Shown here piece after piece: positions 1-8,619 of a stretch of 32,000 nucleotides of DNA; the stretch's first letter is position 1, and each line of letters starts with the position of its first letter. The stretch is from contig NC_010085.1 of assembly GCF_000018465.1 (NCBI RefSeq), forward strand, positions 810,001 to 842,000, written 5' to 3'. The translations under genes were made by a program, and so were the position numbers. The notes beneath the pieces were generated by a model. That model ran no database searches. It was not told the DNA's origin and worked only from the letters and a program-made list of their open reading frames with translations. Origin of the DNA: Nitrosopumilus maritimus SCM1. GTDB lineage: Archaea; Thermoproteota; Nitrososphaeria; Nitrososphaerales; Nitrosopumilaceae.

Positions 1-65
1 TCAGAATCATCGTCTGAGGCAGTAATCATGGGATTTTTGTTCATGTATAAATCAAGAAAGCTCAT
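1..65 (-). CDS. 5' fragment of an unidentified CDS running off the left window edge (MSFLDLYMNKNPMITASDDDS...)
   Basis: ATG at 65-63 on the minus strand, open to the window edge, starting 3 nt after the thrS stop codon; too short to identify. Confidence 0.4.
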   Translation of the reverse strand, partial: MSFLDLYMNKNPMITASDDDS

Positions 66-68
66 AAT

Positions 69-1934
69 CTACACCATTAATTGAGGTCTCTTTGAGAGAT
101 GTTGTGATTGGTTTAGTCCAGTATATGGTTTACCTGAAGTTTGTTCATTAATTTCATTCATGAAATCATCAAATGAGACTTCTCGTACATTTCCAGTCTG
201 TCTGTCACGGATACTTAGATTCTCAGAACCTGCTTCTTTCTCACCTATTACCAAAATGTATTGAATCCATTCCTTTTCAGCTTCACGTATTCTTTTACCA
301 ATACTCTCATTTCTATCATCAACATCAACACGGACATTTTGTGCAGATATTTTATCACACAAATTATTACAAAAGTCATAAAACTCTTCTTTTAATGGAA
401 TGATTCTAACTTGTGTTGGTGCAAGCCACAATGGAAGTTGTGGTTTCTTTCCTTTCTTTGAATCATCTGCAGCTTTTTCTAATAATGCATAGATTATTCT
501 TTCAATTGCACCACTTGGGGAGTTGTGTAGAATAATTGGATGTTGTGCAGTGTTGTTTTCATCTACAAATTCAATTCCATATCGGTCTCCATTTTCAACA
601 TCTATTTGATCAGTTGACAAAGCAGATGCCTTTCCTAAATTATCAATAAAATTGAATTCCCATTTTAGAACAAAGTAAAAGAATTTCTCTTTCCACATCT
701 CAACTAATACAGGTCGACCATGTTTCTTGACTAATTCTTCAATCGCAGATTTGTTTTCATTGTAAAAATCCTCAGTAAATCTAATTGCCATGTCATAATC
801 AGATTCATCAATTCCCAACTCTTTGAGAACACTTTGAGACAAATCAAATCTGACCTTTATCTCATCTACTGCTTGCGGAATATCTTTGCAAAATGCATGA
901 CAATCAGGCATTGTAAATGCACGTAATCTTCTCAGACCGACTAATTCACCTGATTGTTCACGTCTAAAGCTATACCTAGTAAGCTCATAGAGTTTGTATG
1001 GTAAATTCTTGTAAGACATTTGGAATTGATTTGCCATAAGGAATTGTCCAAAACAGGCTGCAAATCTCAAAAAGAGTTTCTTTCCTTCTGAATCAATATT
1101 GTATTGTCTTGCAGGGAATCGATTAAAGTAACTAACCATACTTGGGTGTTCAGAGTCATACATGATTGGAGTTTCAACCTCATAACCACCATACTCCTTT
1201 ACTCTGTCAGTAACATATCTCTCAATAAGAGATTTCATCAAACGCCCATTTGGAAAGAATCTCATATTTCCAGAATCAGATGCAGGTTCGTAATCTGCAA
1301 TTGCAAGTTTTTTCATTAATGCAACATGTGGAGGGGGTTCATCAACTTGACGTTGTTTTGCAGATTCGTATTTGGCTAAAATCTCTAATTTTTTATGATT
1401 AGAAAAATCATAGTCTCCAATGTTAATCATTGTTCCATCAGGAGACATTATTTTCCAGTAAGAACGAATTGTAGATTCTCCTTTTAGTGCATCAGAAGTA
1501 TCTTCGTCATCATCTTTAGTAGTAGAGTCTTTAGTAACAACTTTGGAGCTTTCTGCTAATGGATGTCCTTTAACTTGAACTTTGTAAGATTTTGTCCAAC
1601 CAAAAGGAGAATGAGAAACTTCAAGATCTGATGCTTCAGATTCCATTTCTTGTAACAAAGACATAGCAGTGGAAGGTTTTGCAAGATTTGAGCTAAGATG
1701 TGCATAAGGATATAACAATAATTTTTTGCAACCAATTTTTTCCATAGAGTTTTTTATCTGAGATATTGCATTTTTTGCAACAGAAGAATCATCTCCATCT
1801 TCAATTGCGACAAAGGCCACTACAATCTCTTCTAGTCTCTGAGTTTGAGGATTTTCAATCTCTTCAGCTGATTTGATCTCTTTTTTTGTAGGAGTGTATT
1901 CTATGCTATCACAGTGTAGTTGCAGTATTCGCAT
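69..1934 (-). CDS. thrS: Threonyl-tRNA synthetase, archaeal type with N-terminal editing domain
   Basis: 621-aa ORF; archaeal N-terminal domain (MRILQLHCDSIEYTP...), class II core motifs (FLRFAACFGQF, YELTRYSFRREQSGELVGLRRLRAFTMPDCHAF) and anticodon-binding domain (QVRIIPL). Confidence 0.95.
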   Translation of the reverse strand: MRILQLHCDSIEYTPTKKEIKSAEEIENPQTQRLEEIVVAFVAIEDGDDSSVAKNAISQIKNSMEKIGCKKLLLYPYAHLSSNLAKPSTAMSLLQEMESEASDLEVSHSPFGWTKSYKVQVKGHPLAESSKVVTKDSTTKDDDEDTSDALKGESTIRSYWKIMSPDGTMINIGDYDFSNHKKLEILAKYESAKQRQVDEPPPHVALMKKLAIADYEPASDSGNMRFFPNGRLMKSLIERYVTDRVKEYGGYEVETPIMYDSEHPSMVSYFNRFPARQYNIDSEGKKLFLRFAACFGQFLMANQFQMSYKNLPYKLYELTRYSFRREQSGELVGLRRLRAFTMPDCHAFCKDIPQAVDEIKVRFDLSQSVLKELGIDESDYDMAIRFTEDFYNENKSAIEELVKKHGRPVLVEMWKEKFFYFVLKWEFNFIDNLGKASALSTDQIDVENGDRYGIEFVDENNTAQHPIILHNSPSGAIERIIYALLEKAADDSKKGKKPQLPLWLAPTQVRIIPLKEEFYDFCNNLCDKISAQNVRVDVDDRNESIGKRIREAEKEWIQYILVIGEKEAGSENLSIRDRQTGNVREVSFDDFMNEINEQTSGKPYTGLNQSQHLSKRPQLMV

Positions 1935-1991
1935 AATTTCAAACAGAAATTATAATTGAAATAAGTGTTTGCTGAAATGCTGGGGTTTCTT

Positions 1992-2327
1992 TTAGGATGT
2001 TTTACCACGTAATGAAATTACTGAGCGTAAAATCAAGCCAGACATACCCAAATTAGATGTGAGAAATGCCGATGCCCTCTTCAAAGAGTCTTGACCACGA
2101 AATCCCTCATCATAAACCATCTCAACAGTGCCCTTGTCAGTTTCAACAAAGGAAGTAATCAAAGAGTAATCACCAAGTTTTTCATCATTTTTTTCCAAGT
2201 AAAGACGCAATTCAACTTTGTAAATTTTAAATTCGTCTTGAATGAAATTTCCTGAAGAAAGTAAAACCTCAACTTCATCAGGAGTTCTATTAACTCTCTC
2301 TGGATCGTGTAAATCTATAATATTCAA
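1992..2327 (-). CDS. Conserved hypothetical protein (111 aa)
   Basis: Intact ORF in a gene gap; apparent TTG start at 2327 with a TTTAAA-type box about 26-28 nt upstream (near 2353-2358). Confidence 0.65.
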   Translation of the reverse strand: MNIIDLHDPERVNRTPDEVEVLLSSGNFIQDEFKIYKVELRLYLEKNDEKLGDYSLITSFVETDKGTVEMVYDEGFRGQDSLKRASAFLTSNLGMSGLILRSVISLRGKTS

Positions 2328-2403
2328 GATATTTTCAATATGTAAATCACAGTTTAAAGTTTAGTCGGAAGTGTTATTTACTCTGAAAGTCTTTCAGAAA
2401 AAA

Positions 2404-3468
2404 ATGGATCATCATAATTTTCATGGAAAAAACATTCCACATATTGAATTAAAACCAAATATGAAAATTGAAGATGTAGTAGAAGTATTTGCACAATCAG
2501 GATACAATGGACGACAGTTAGGTGAAGCAGCAAAACTTTATGCAAAAATGATTGATGATGGTGCTACCATTTGTTTAACCATTGCAGGTGCAATGACACC
2601 AGTAGGGTTTGGAGGAATTTTCAAAACATTAATTGAAAGAGGTTTTGTTGATTGGATTATCACGACAGGTGCAAATGTGTATCATGAAGATCATTTTGCA
2701 CACAAATTACCTGTTAAACAAGGACATTTCGATGTAGATGACATGGTTCTCTATGAAAAAGGAATTGTAAGAATTCGTGATGTCTATATTGATTTTGAAA
2801 AAACGATGAAAGCAGAAGATAAGATTATGCAAAATATGTTTAAAGAGAAATTTATCGATAAATCATTTACAAGTGCCGAGTTGTGTAATTTTATCGGCAA
2901 AATAACTAAAGAAAAAGCAAAAAATCCAGAAAAAAGTTTCCTAGCATCAGCATACAAATACGATGTTCCAGTATACATTTCAACAATCGGGGATTCATCA
3001 ATTGCAATGAATTTAGCAGTACATAGACTGCGTGGAAAAGAATACAATTTTGATTTTGTCAAAGAGTTGTTAGAGCAAGCAGCAATTCTATACAACTCAA
3101 AAAAATCAGGGATTTTAGAATTAGGTGGAGGAGTTCCAAAGAACACAGCTCAGCAAACAGGGCCGACACTAGATCAAATTCTTGACAGAGAAGATGGGGG
3201 ACAAGATTACATCATACAAATAACTGATGCCAGACCAGACACAGGAGGACTTTCAGGAGCAACACTACAGGAAGGAAAGAGTTGGGGCAAAGTTCAAGAT
3301 GCTCATGAAGATGTTGTCACAGTTTATGCAGATGCAACAATTGCGTTTCCAATTTTAGCACTATATGCAATCAGCACACAAAAGAAAAGAAAACCAAAAA
3401 GAATTTTCAAAGATCTAGATAAATTCTATAAAAAACTACAGTCAGATTATTTGAATAACAAAAAGTAA
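2404..3468 (+). CDS. Deoxyhypusine synthase
   Basis: MTPVGFGG, ILELGGGVPKN, QITDARPDTGGLSGATLQEGKSWGKV motifs including the conserved catalytic-Lys region; ATG at 2404 (MDHHNFHGKN) preferred over the track start at 2371. Confidence 0.93.
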   Translation: MDHHNFHGKNIPHIELKPNMKIEDVVEVFAQSGYNGRQLGEAAKLYAKMIDDGATICLTIAGAMTPVGFGGIFKTLIERGFVDWIITTGANVYHEDHFAHKLPVKQGHFDVDDMVLYEKGIVRIRDVYIDFEKTMKAEDKIMQNMFKEKFIDKSFTSAELCNFIGKITKEKAKNPEKSFLASAYKYDVPVYISTIGDSSIAMNLAVHRLRGKEYNFDFVKELLEQAAILYNSKKSGILELGGGVPKNTAQQTGPTLDQILDREDGGQDYIIQITDARPDTGGLSGATLQEGKSWGKVQDAHEDVVTVYADATIAFPILALYAISTQKKRKPKRIFKDLDKFYKKLQSDYLNNKK

Positions 3469-3481
3469 ATTTTTAACTTAA

Positions 3482-3694
3482 TCAAAATCTGTCGAATCTT
3501 GCCCGCTCGAGTTCGCGGTCATCTTTAGATTCTTTTTTGTATTCTTTGTAATGTGTTTTACATAGTACTGTTTTTTTGCCTGAAGAGTTGACTCTTAAAC
3601 CAGCATTTTCGACTTTGGAAGTATTAAGTGAACGTGCACCATCATCGTCACATCCATCAACATTGCATTTTGCGCCTTTGGATACTACACCCAT
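3482..3694 (-). CDS. Small Cys/His-containing putative zinc-binding protein (70 aa)
   Basis: CNVDGC ... CKTHY pattern; ATG at 3694 with a TATAAAT box (3718-3724) about 26 nt upstream. Confidence 0.7.
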   Translation of the reverse strand: MGVVSKGAKCNVDGCDDDGARSLNTSKVENAGLRVNSSGKKTVLCKTHYKEYKKESKDDRELERARFDRF

Positions 3695-3792
3695 ATCTTA
3701 TCTAATCCAAGATGTTATTTATATTTGAAAATTCTAAAGATAATCAAACTGTAGGTTCATCGTTTATAAGAGGAATATTTTTTTCTCAGTCC

Positions 3793-4104
3793 ATGGGTGG
3801 AGCAAAGAAACCAACTGCCGCAAAAAAAGATACATCATCTAGTCCAAAAGACTCTAAGAAAGGTAAGAAAGACAAAGGTGAAGGCGGTCCAAAGAAAGCA
3901 GAGATCACAGTAATGGTTAATGAACAACAAGCAATGAAGATCATCCAAAGTGCCAAAGTGATTACAGTTCAAGACATGGCAAGACAAACAGGAGTAAAAA
4001 TTTCTGCAGCAAACAAATTCCTTAAAGAATCAGCAGAAAAAGGAATTGTAAAAAGAGTTGGTGGTTATTCAGGACATCACTTGTATCAAGCAGTTTCTTC
4101 ATAG
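3793..4104 (+). CDS. 30S ribosomal protein S25e
   Basis: Lys-rich N-terminus followed by winged-helix AEITVMVNEQQAMKIIQSAKVITVQDMARQTGVKISAANKFLKESAEKGIVKRVGGYSGHHLYQ; ATG at 3793 with TTTATAAG about 27 nt upstream. Confidence 0.9.
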   Translation: MGGAKKPTAAKKDTSSSPKDSKKGKKDKGEGGPKKAEITVMVNEQQAMKIIQSAKVITVQDMARQTGVKISAANKFLKESAEKGIVKRVGGYSGHHLYQAVSS

Positions 4105-4472
4105 ATACATAACACGTCTCCAGATTTAACATCCTTTAACGCATCAATGTTATCAGATAATTTTCCTATAGGAGTCATTGTTTTTGCAGATGCAACATCA
4201 TTTGTAAAAAAACAAAAACTTCCAGACGAAGGCAAAAATGCCACATCACCTTTTTTGAATTCAGATCTTGCTCGTTCTATACCAGAATCAACAGACGTTT
4301 CAAAATATACAATACTTTTTCCTAAAAGATGTGCATGACCTTCCAATGGCAAGGATCTCATAATAGTTCCAACAGTCCTTGGAGATAGATGGCGTTTTAG
4401 ATCACATGAGATTTTTGCCTTACCCCTAATTTCTAAAATTAGTTGTTTTCTAGATACAGACGAGGTGCTCAA
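4086..4472 (-). CDS. Cyclophilin-like fold protein (TM1367/DUF369-like)
   Basis: LILEIRGKAKISCDLKRHLSPRTVGTIMRSLPLEGHAHLLGKSIVYF...GDVAFLPSSGSFCFF pattern; start moved to TTG at 4472 based on the promoter at 4495-4502 (track start 4538 overlaps rpoK). Confidence 0.75.
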   Translation of the reverse strand: MSTSSVSRKQLILEIRGKAKISCDLKRHLSPRTVGTIMRSLPLEGHAHLLGKSIVYFETSVDSGIERARSEFKKGDVAFLPSSGSFCFFTNDVASAKTMTPIGKLSDNIDALKDVKSGDVLCIYEETA

Positions 4473-4494
4473 TTCGTAGTTTAAAATGATTAGA

Positions 4495-4502
4495 TTATAT
4501 AA
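4495..4502. promoter_or_regulatory. Palindromic TATA box (TTATATAA) in the 4472/4525 divergent intergenic region
   Basis: Centre at 4498.5 is 26.5 nt from both the minus-strand TTG (4472) and the plus-strand TTG (4525). Confidence 0.6.
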
Positions 4503-4524
4503 CGTTTTAAGAAAAAATCGGTAC

Positions 4525-5034
4525 TTGTCTGATGCCAATAATACTGAAGTCGTAGAAGTCGCCGAAGATGAAATTCAATCAACTGAAGAGATTGCTGAAC
4601 CAGAAGTTGAGACTAACGCAGGATTAAACAAAGCACTTGATACTTATCGAAAATTAATTGAAAAGAAAGTTGATGCTGAACCATTAACTGAAAAAGAACA
4701 AGATGATCTTGAAAAGAAGATCAAAGAGATTGAAAGTAGAGAAATTGTTGAAACAGTAGAAGAACATGACCCAGTAGAGATTCCTTGTGAAAAAAACAAG
4801 GTCACAATTGGCCCACCAACACTAACCAGATTTGAAAAGGCAAGAATCATGGGTGCAAGAGCATTGCAGTTGTCTCTAGGAGCACCACCATTTATCCCAA
4901 TCCCAAAGACTGCAAGAATTTCATTGGATATTTCAATGGAAGAATTAGAACAAAGAGTGATCCCAATCACAATTAGAAGAGTTCTTCCAAACGGAGATTA
5001 TCAGAATATCCCTATCGACTACTTTGAAAAATGA
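4525..5034 (+). CDS. rpoK: DNA-directed RNA polymerase subunit K (RpoK/Rpb6-like) with an N-terminal acidic extension
   Basis: C-terminal LTRFEKARIMGARALQLSLGAPPFI...AxxEL-type region (SMEELEQRVIPITIRRVLPNGDYQ) typical of Rpb6/RpoK; TTG start at 4525. Confidence 0.88.
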   Translation: MSDANNTEVVEVAEDEIQSTEEIAEPEVETNAGLNKALDTYRKLIEKKVDAEPLTEKEQDDLEKKIKEIESREIVETVEEHDPVEIPCEKNKVTIGPPTLTRFEKARIMGARALQLSLGAPPFIPIPKTARISLDISMEELEQRVIPITIRRVLPNGDYQNIPIDYFEK

Positions 5035-5085
5035 ATCATTGGTCGATAAAACTTAAAAGAAGATAAAATTGCTGATTGTTGAATA

Positions 5086-5400
5086 ATGCTCAATGACGAG
5101 ACATATGAACCGCAAGGTCACGAGCAGACCGAAAAGTCTGATGAATCCATAGTGTATATTGGAAATGATCCTGTAATGCAATCTGCATTAGAAGTATTAT
5201 CGATATTAGGAAATAAGAAAAAAATCACAATCAAATCAAAAGGGAATTCCATACCAAATGCAGTGGCAGTTGCAAATATCATTACAGAAAAGATGTTAAA
5301 CGGGAATTCCAAAGTAGAGAAAATTAATCTCGATACCGATGCAGCAGCAGGTATCGGAAGAATGACTTCAACTATAGAAATTATTTTACTTAAGATCTAG
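5086..5400 (+). CDS. albA: DNA/RNA-binding protein Alba
   Basis: VYIGNDPVMQSALEVLSILGNKKKITIKSKGNSIPNAVAVANIIT...KINLDTDAAAGIGRMTSTIEIIL Alba core. Confidence 0.9.
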   Translation: MLNDETYEPQGHEQTEKSDESIVYIGNDPVMQSALEVLSILGNKKKITIKSKGNSIPNAVAVANIITEKMLNGNSKVEKINLDTDAAAGIGRMTSTIEIILLKI

Positions 5401-5813
5401 TATACACTGCCTGGACCTTTAAGAAGCATATTTTCACATTCTTTGCAAACTTGCTCATCAATATCAGATTCCAAGTTATGATGTATCTCACAGATTAACA
5501 AACTTGATTTGATATAGTTGCACAATCCAATGAATTTAGACAAGCTAGATGGAGTGTATGCCATATCCGATGACAGATTATCACTTAGTTCATCAATCAT
5601 GTCTGCAACTTGTTTTTCTGCCAAGAGTTTTGCAATTAAAGAAGGGTCACCTCTAGTACCTCGAATGTAATTACTAACTGCAGCTTGTGTAACTCCAAGC
5701 ATTTTAGATATCTCATCTTCTCTAATGTTATGATCTTCAGCCAGTTTTTTTGCAAGAATTGCACGTAAGGCAGGAATTAGAGTTTTGGATTCAATCTCAG
5801 CAGGAAGTAGCAT
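5397..5813 (-). CDS. Predicted HTH (XRE-like) transcriptional regulator
   Basis: HTH segment REDEISKMLGVTQAAVSNYIRGTRGDPSLIAKLLAEK; Cys-containing C-terminus (CEIHHN...CKEC). Confidence 0.8.
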   Translation of the reverse strand: MLLPAEIESKTLIPALRAILAKKLAEDHNIREDEISKMLGVTQAAVSNYIRGTRGDPSLIAKLLAEKQVADMIDELSDNLSSDMAYTPSSLSKFIGLCNYIKSSLLICEIHHNLESDIDEQVCKECENMLLKGPGSVY

Positions 5814-5846
5814 TTACTCAGAGGTATTTCATAATGAATTTAAAGT

Positions 5847-6866
5847 TTGCAGAAATTAGTCTGGCCAAATGATATCAATGTCAGGCATATCTATTTTAAT
5901 TTCAAAAGATTCTATTTTGCATTGGATAACACCTCAAAGGATCTTTATGAGGCATTACAAGAATCATGTAATTCTTGCAAGTCAAATTTAATTTCTTTAT
6001 CAGGAGGGCTAGATAGTTCAATTATCGCATATTTTCTCAAAGAAAGAAAACCAAACACATTAGCAATAATTGCAGAAGATTTTGTTTCAACAGATCTAAC
6101 ATACTGCCAACTAGTTTCAAAAGAAATGGATTTACCATTAACAATTTTCAATGTAAAAACTGCAGAAATTCTTGAAGCAGTTGAACAAACAATAAAAATT
6201 CTAAAAAACTTTAACGATATTGAAATTAGAAATAATGTTGTCATGTATCTTGCCATAAAATGGGCAAAAGATAATGGAGAAAAATCGATCATTACAGGAG
6301 ATGGCGCAGATGAACTATTTGCAGGATATAATTTCCTAGTTCATAAATCAGAAGAAGAGTTAGAATCTGAGATCAATAGAGTCTGCTCAATTATGCATTT
6401 TCCAACACAAGGGATTGGCAAAGCATTAGGAATTAAGATAGAATCACCATTCTTGAGTGATAAAGTGATCAGTCTGGCAAAAAAAATACCTGCAAATTTG
6501 AAGGTAAAAGAAGAGAACAAGAAGAGACATGGAAAATGGATTTTACGTAAAACATTCGAGCCTTACATTCCAGAACAAATCACATGGAGGGAAAAATCAC
6601 CAATGCAAGAAGGTTCAGGAACATCAGGGTTGACAAACCTGTTTGAATCAATCATTGAAGAAGAAAAGTATGTTGAAAAGAAATTAACTGTTGAAAAAGA
6701 AGACAATGTAGTCATCAGAAGTAGAGAATCAATGCACTATTATGAGATTTTTAAGAAATTATACGGTTCTCCTGTAGACAAAGAAGCAAAATCTGTGTGT
6801 CCGTACTGCAAACATAAAGTTGAGAATTCAAAATTTTGCAGAATGTGCGGTGCTTTTCCTATTTGA
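5847..6866 (+). CDS. Asparagine synthetase-like PP-loop ATPase domain protein with C-terminal zinc ribbon (no glutaminase domain)
   Basis: SLSGGLDSSIIAYFL PP-loop motif, ITGDGADELFAGY, WREKSPMQEGSG; C-terminal CPYCKHKVENSKFCRMCG. Start uncertain: TTG 5847 or TTG 5922 (TATTTTAAT about 26 nt upstream). Confidence 0.85.
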   Translation: MQKLVWPNDINVRHIYFNFKRFYFALDNTSKDLYEALQESCNSCKSNLISLSGGLDSSIIAYFLKERKPNTLAIIAEDFVSTDLTYCQLVSKEMDLPLTIFNVKTAEILEAVEQTIKILKNFNDIEIRNNVVMYLAIKWAKDNGEKSIITGDGADELFAGYNFLVHKSEEELESEINRVCSIMHFPTQGIGKALGIKIESPFLSDKVISLAKKIPANLKVKEENKKRHGKWILRKTFEPYIPEQITWREKSPMQEGSGTSGLTNLFESIIEEEKYVEKKLTVEKEDNVVIRSRESMHYYEIFKKLYGSPVDKEAKSVCPYCKHKVENSKFCRMCGAFPI

Positions 6867-6868
6867 TA

Positions 6869-7006
6869 TTATTTGTATTTACGAGGTTTTTTGATAAATA
6901 TTCTTCTACATCCATTACAACAAAAATAGAATTTCTTTCCATCATGTTCATGTAACAATGCTAGTTCTTCGTCAAGTTCAATTCCGCAAACAGGATCTAC
7001 TGGCAC
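6869..7006 (-). CDS. Small YHS-type metal-binding protein (45 aa), absent from the supplied ORF track
   Basis: Manual translation VPVDPVCGIELDEELALLHEHDGKKFYFCCNGCRRIFIKKPRKYK*; GTG start at 7006 with CTATAAATAG at 7036-7027 centred about 25.5 nt upstream; YHS signature DPVCG...FYFCCNGC. Confidence 0.7.
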   Translation of the reverse strand: MPVDPVCGIELDEELALLHEHDGKKFYFCCNGCRRIFIKKPRKYK

Positions 7007-7054
7007 AAGTTTTTCTTCTGTAAATTCTATTTATAGATTCACTAAAAGATCGTA

Positions 7055-7420
7055 CTAAGAGTTAACAATTTCAAGGATTTTTTTTGGCAGAGCGCCATAA
7101 TCAGAGTCAGGTTCTGCTGCAACATACAAAATATCTTCATTGATTGGAACGCTGATTGCTAAAGCACGTTCACGAGAAGCCAATGCAAAATTTACAGTTC
7201 CAAGTTGCTTATCAAACTCTCTTCTCATTTTTACACGTAAGGCAAGTTCCATGAAAATCATTTCGTCATCTTTTTCACTTTCCAATGGCTCAACATTTGG
7301 TTTCATCCCACCTGCAACCAATCGTCCTCGTTCATTAATTACACCAGCAAATCTGATTTTTGGGTCAGCGTCTTTGATGGTATCACAGATTTTTGAGTAA
7401 TCATATATCTTTCCAGACAT
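7055..7420 (-). CDS. Conserved thaumarchaeal hypothetical protein (DUF6659-like)
   Basis: 121-aa intact ORF with a regular alpha/beta pattern (FAGVINERGRLVAGGMKP); family name is from memory. Confidence 0.65.
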   Translation of the reverse strand: MSGKIYDYSKICDTIKDADPKIRFAGVINERGRLVAGGMKPNVEPLESEKDDEMIFMELALRVKMRREFDKQLGTVNFALASRERALAISVPINEDILYVAAEPDSDYGALPKKILEIVNS

Positions 7421-7488
7421 GCGTCTTGACTCAAAGATCCCCCACTTATTAGCTTTCTATAAAATTTTGAGGTTGAGATGATAAAATT

Positions 7489-8589
7489 CTAAGAAGTGAG
7501 TTTTTTCACAAGACTAAGAAATTCCTCATCAGAATAAGGAGGAATTTTCATCACTTCAAGATTCTCAGATACATGTTCTGCAGATTTTTGACCAACAAGA
7601 GGTGCAATAACTCCAGGAGATGAACGGATAAACTGCAATGCCCTCATTGAGGGTTTCAAATCACTAAATTCAGGCATAACACCAGGTTGCAATAATCTTC
7701 CTTGCATTAGCGGCACACTTGTGAAAACACCAATTCCCAATCTTGTTGCAGATTCTAAAACAGAAACAGGGTTGTTTTGAATTGTTTGAGTTTTTCCAAG
7801 TAATGCTTGATCATAATACAAGTTGAAAGGTAATTGAATGAACTTAAATCCGTGATTTTCTCCACCAACTTTTTTTGCCATGTTTACGGTGTCTTCTAAT
7901 GAAAGGTATTGGGGATTGTCAGTTGAAACTCTAAAACATTCCCAGGTAGCCATTCCGTAAAATTTGATTTTTCCTTCATCACGTTTTTGTTCATATAACT
8001 CAAAAACAGTTTGGAGATTCTGCAAAAATTGTTCTCTTGAAACATCTTTAATTTGTCCTTCAACTGCATTGTGAAGGTACATCAAGTCAACACATTCCAA
8101 ATCAAGATTTTTCAAACTACGATCTAACTGATCAGAGAGATAGGCAGGAGTCATACAATGATAACCTGAAGTAATATCTCCTTCTTTGACAACGCCTTTT
8201 TGAGTATATTCTTCTTTTACATATTCCCAAAAACCTAACTGAACATCAGCATCATTTGTAACATATCCATTTTTTGTAGAGACAAATATTTGATCACGGG
8301 AAATTTTATTTTCTTGAATTAGCTCAGAGATTGCTTTTCCAACAGATCTCTCTGCTTTTTGAGAACGATAGTTTATTGCAGTATCAATTACATTGACACC
8401 AGATAAGATAGATTGTTTTACTGCACCAGATACTAGTTCATCAGTTCTAGTATCAGGATCACCAAGATAGGTTCCAATTCCAATGTTGGACAAAGTCAGA
8501 TTTTCAAATTCTTTAAAATTGTCTTGATTTACGCCTGAGTTTTGGGCAAATTGTTTGGTTCCTTCAGGGGTTGCAAATCCAGAAATCAT
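7489..8589 (-). CDS. Aldo/keto reductase family protein
   Basis: IGIGTYLG, VIDTAINYRSQKAERSVGKAI, VDLMYLHN, IKFYGMATW motifs. Confidence 0.88.
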   Translation of the reverse strand: MISGFATPEGTKQFAQNSGVNQDNFKEFENLTLSNIGIGTYLGDPDTRTDELVSGAVKQSILSGVNVIDTAINYRSQKAERSVGKAISELIQENKISRDQIFVSTKNGYVTNDADVQLGFWEYVKEEYTQKGVVKEGDITSGYHCMTPAYLSDQLDRSLKNLDLECVDLMYLHNAVEGQIKDVSREQFLQNLQTVFELYEQKRDEGKIKFYGMATWECFRVSTDNPQYLSLEDTVNMAKKVGGENHGFKFIQLPFNLYYDQALLGKTQTIQNNPVSVLESATRLGIGVFTSVPLMQGRLLQPGVMPEFSDLKPSMRALQFIRSSPGVIAPLVGQKSAEHVSENLEVMKIPPYSDEEFLSLVKKLTS

Positions 8590-8619
8590 ATTTTGTCTAA
8601 ATTTTTACTAAATTTATGT

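Noticed and set aside
69-1934. Possible novel N-terminal domain on threonyl-tRNA synthetase
   Set aside because: It matches the known archaeal ThrRS editing domain arrangement, so it is not new.
4644-4970. Minus-strand 108-aa ORF within rpoK
   Set aside because: Antisense to a strong RpoK match; Ser/Ile-rich shadow translation.
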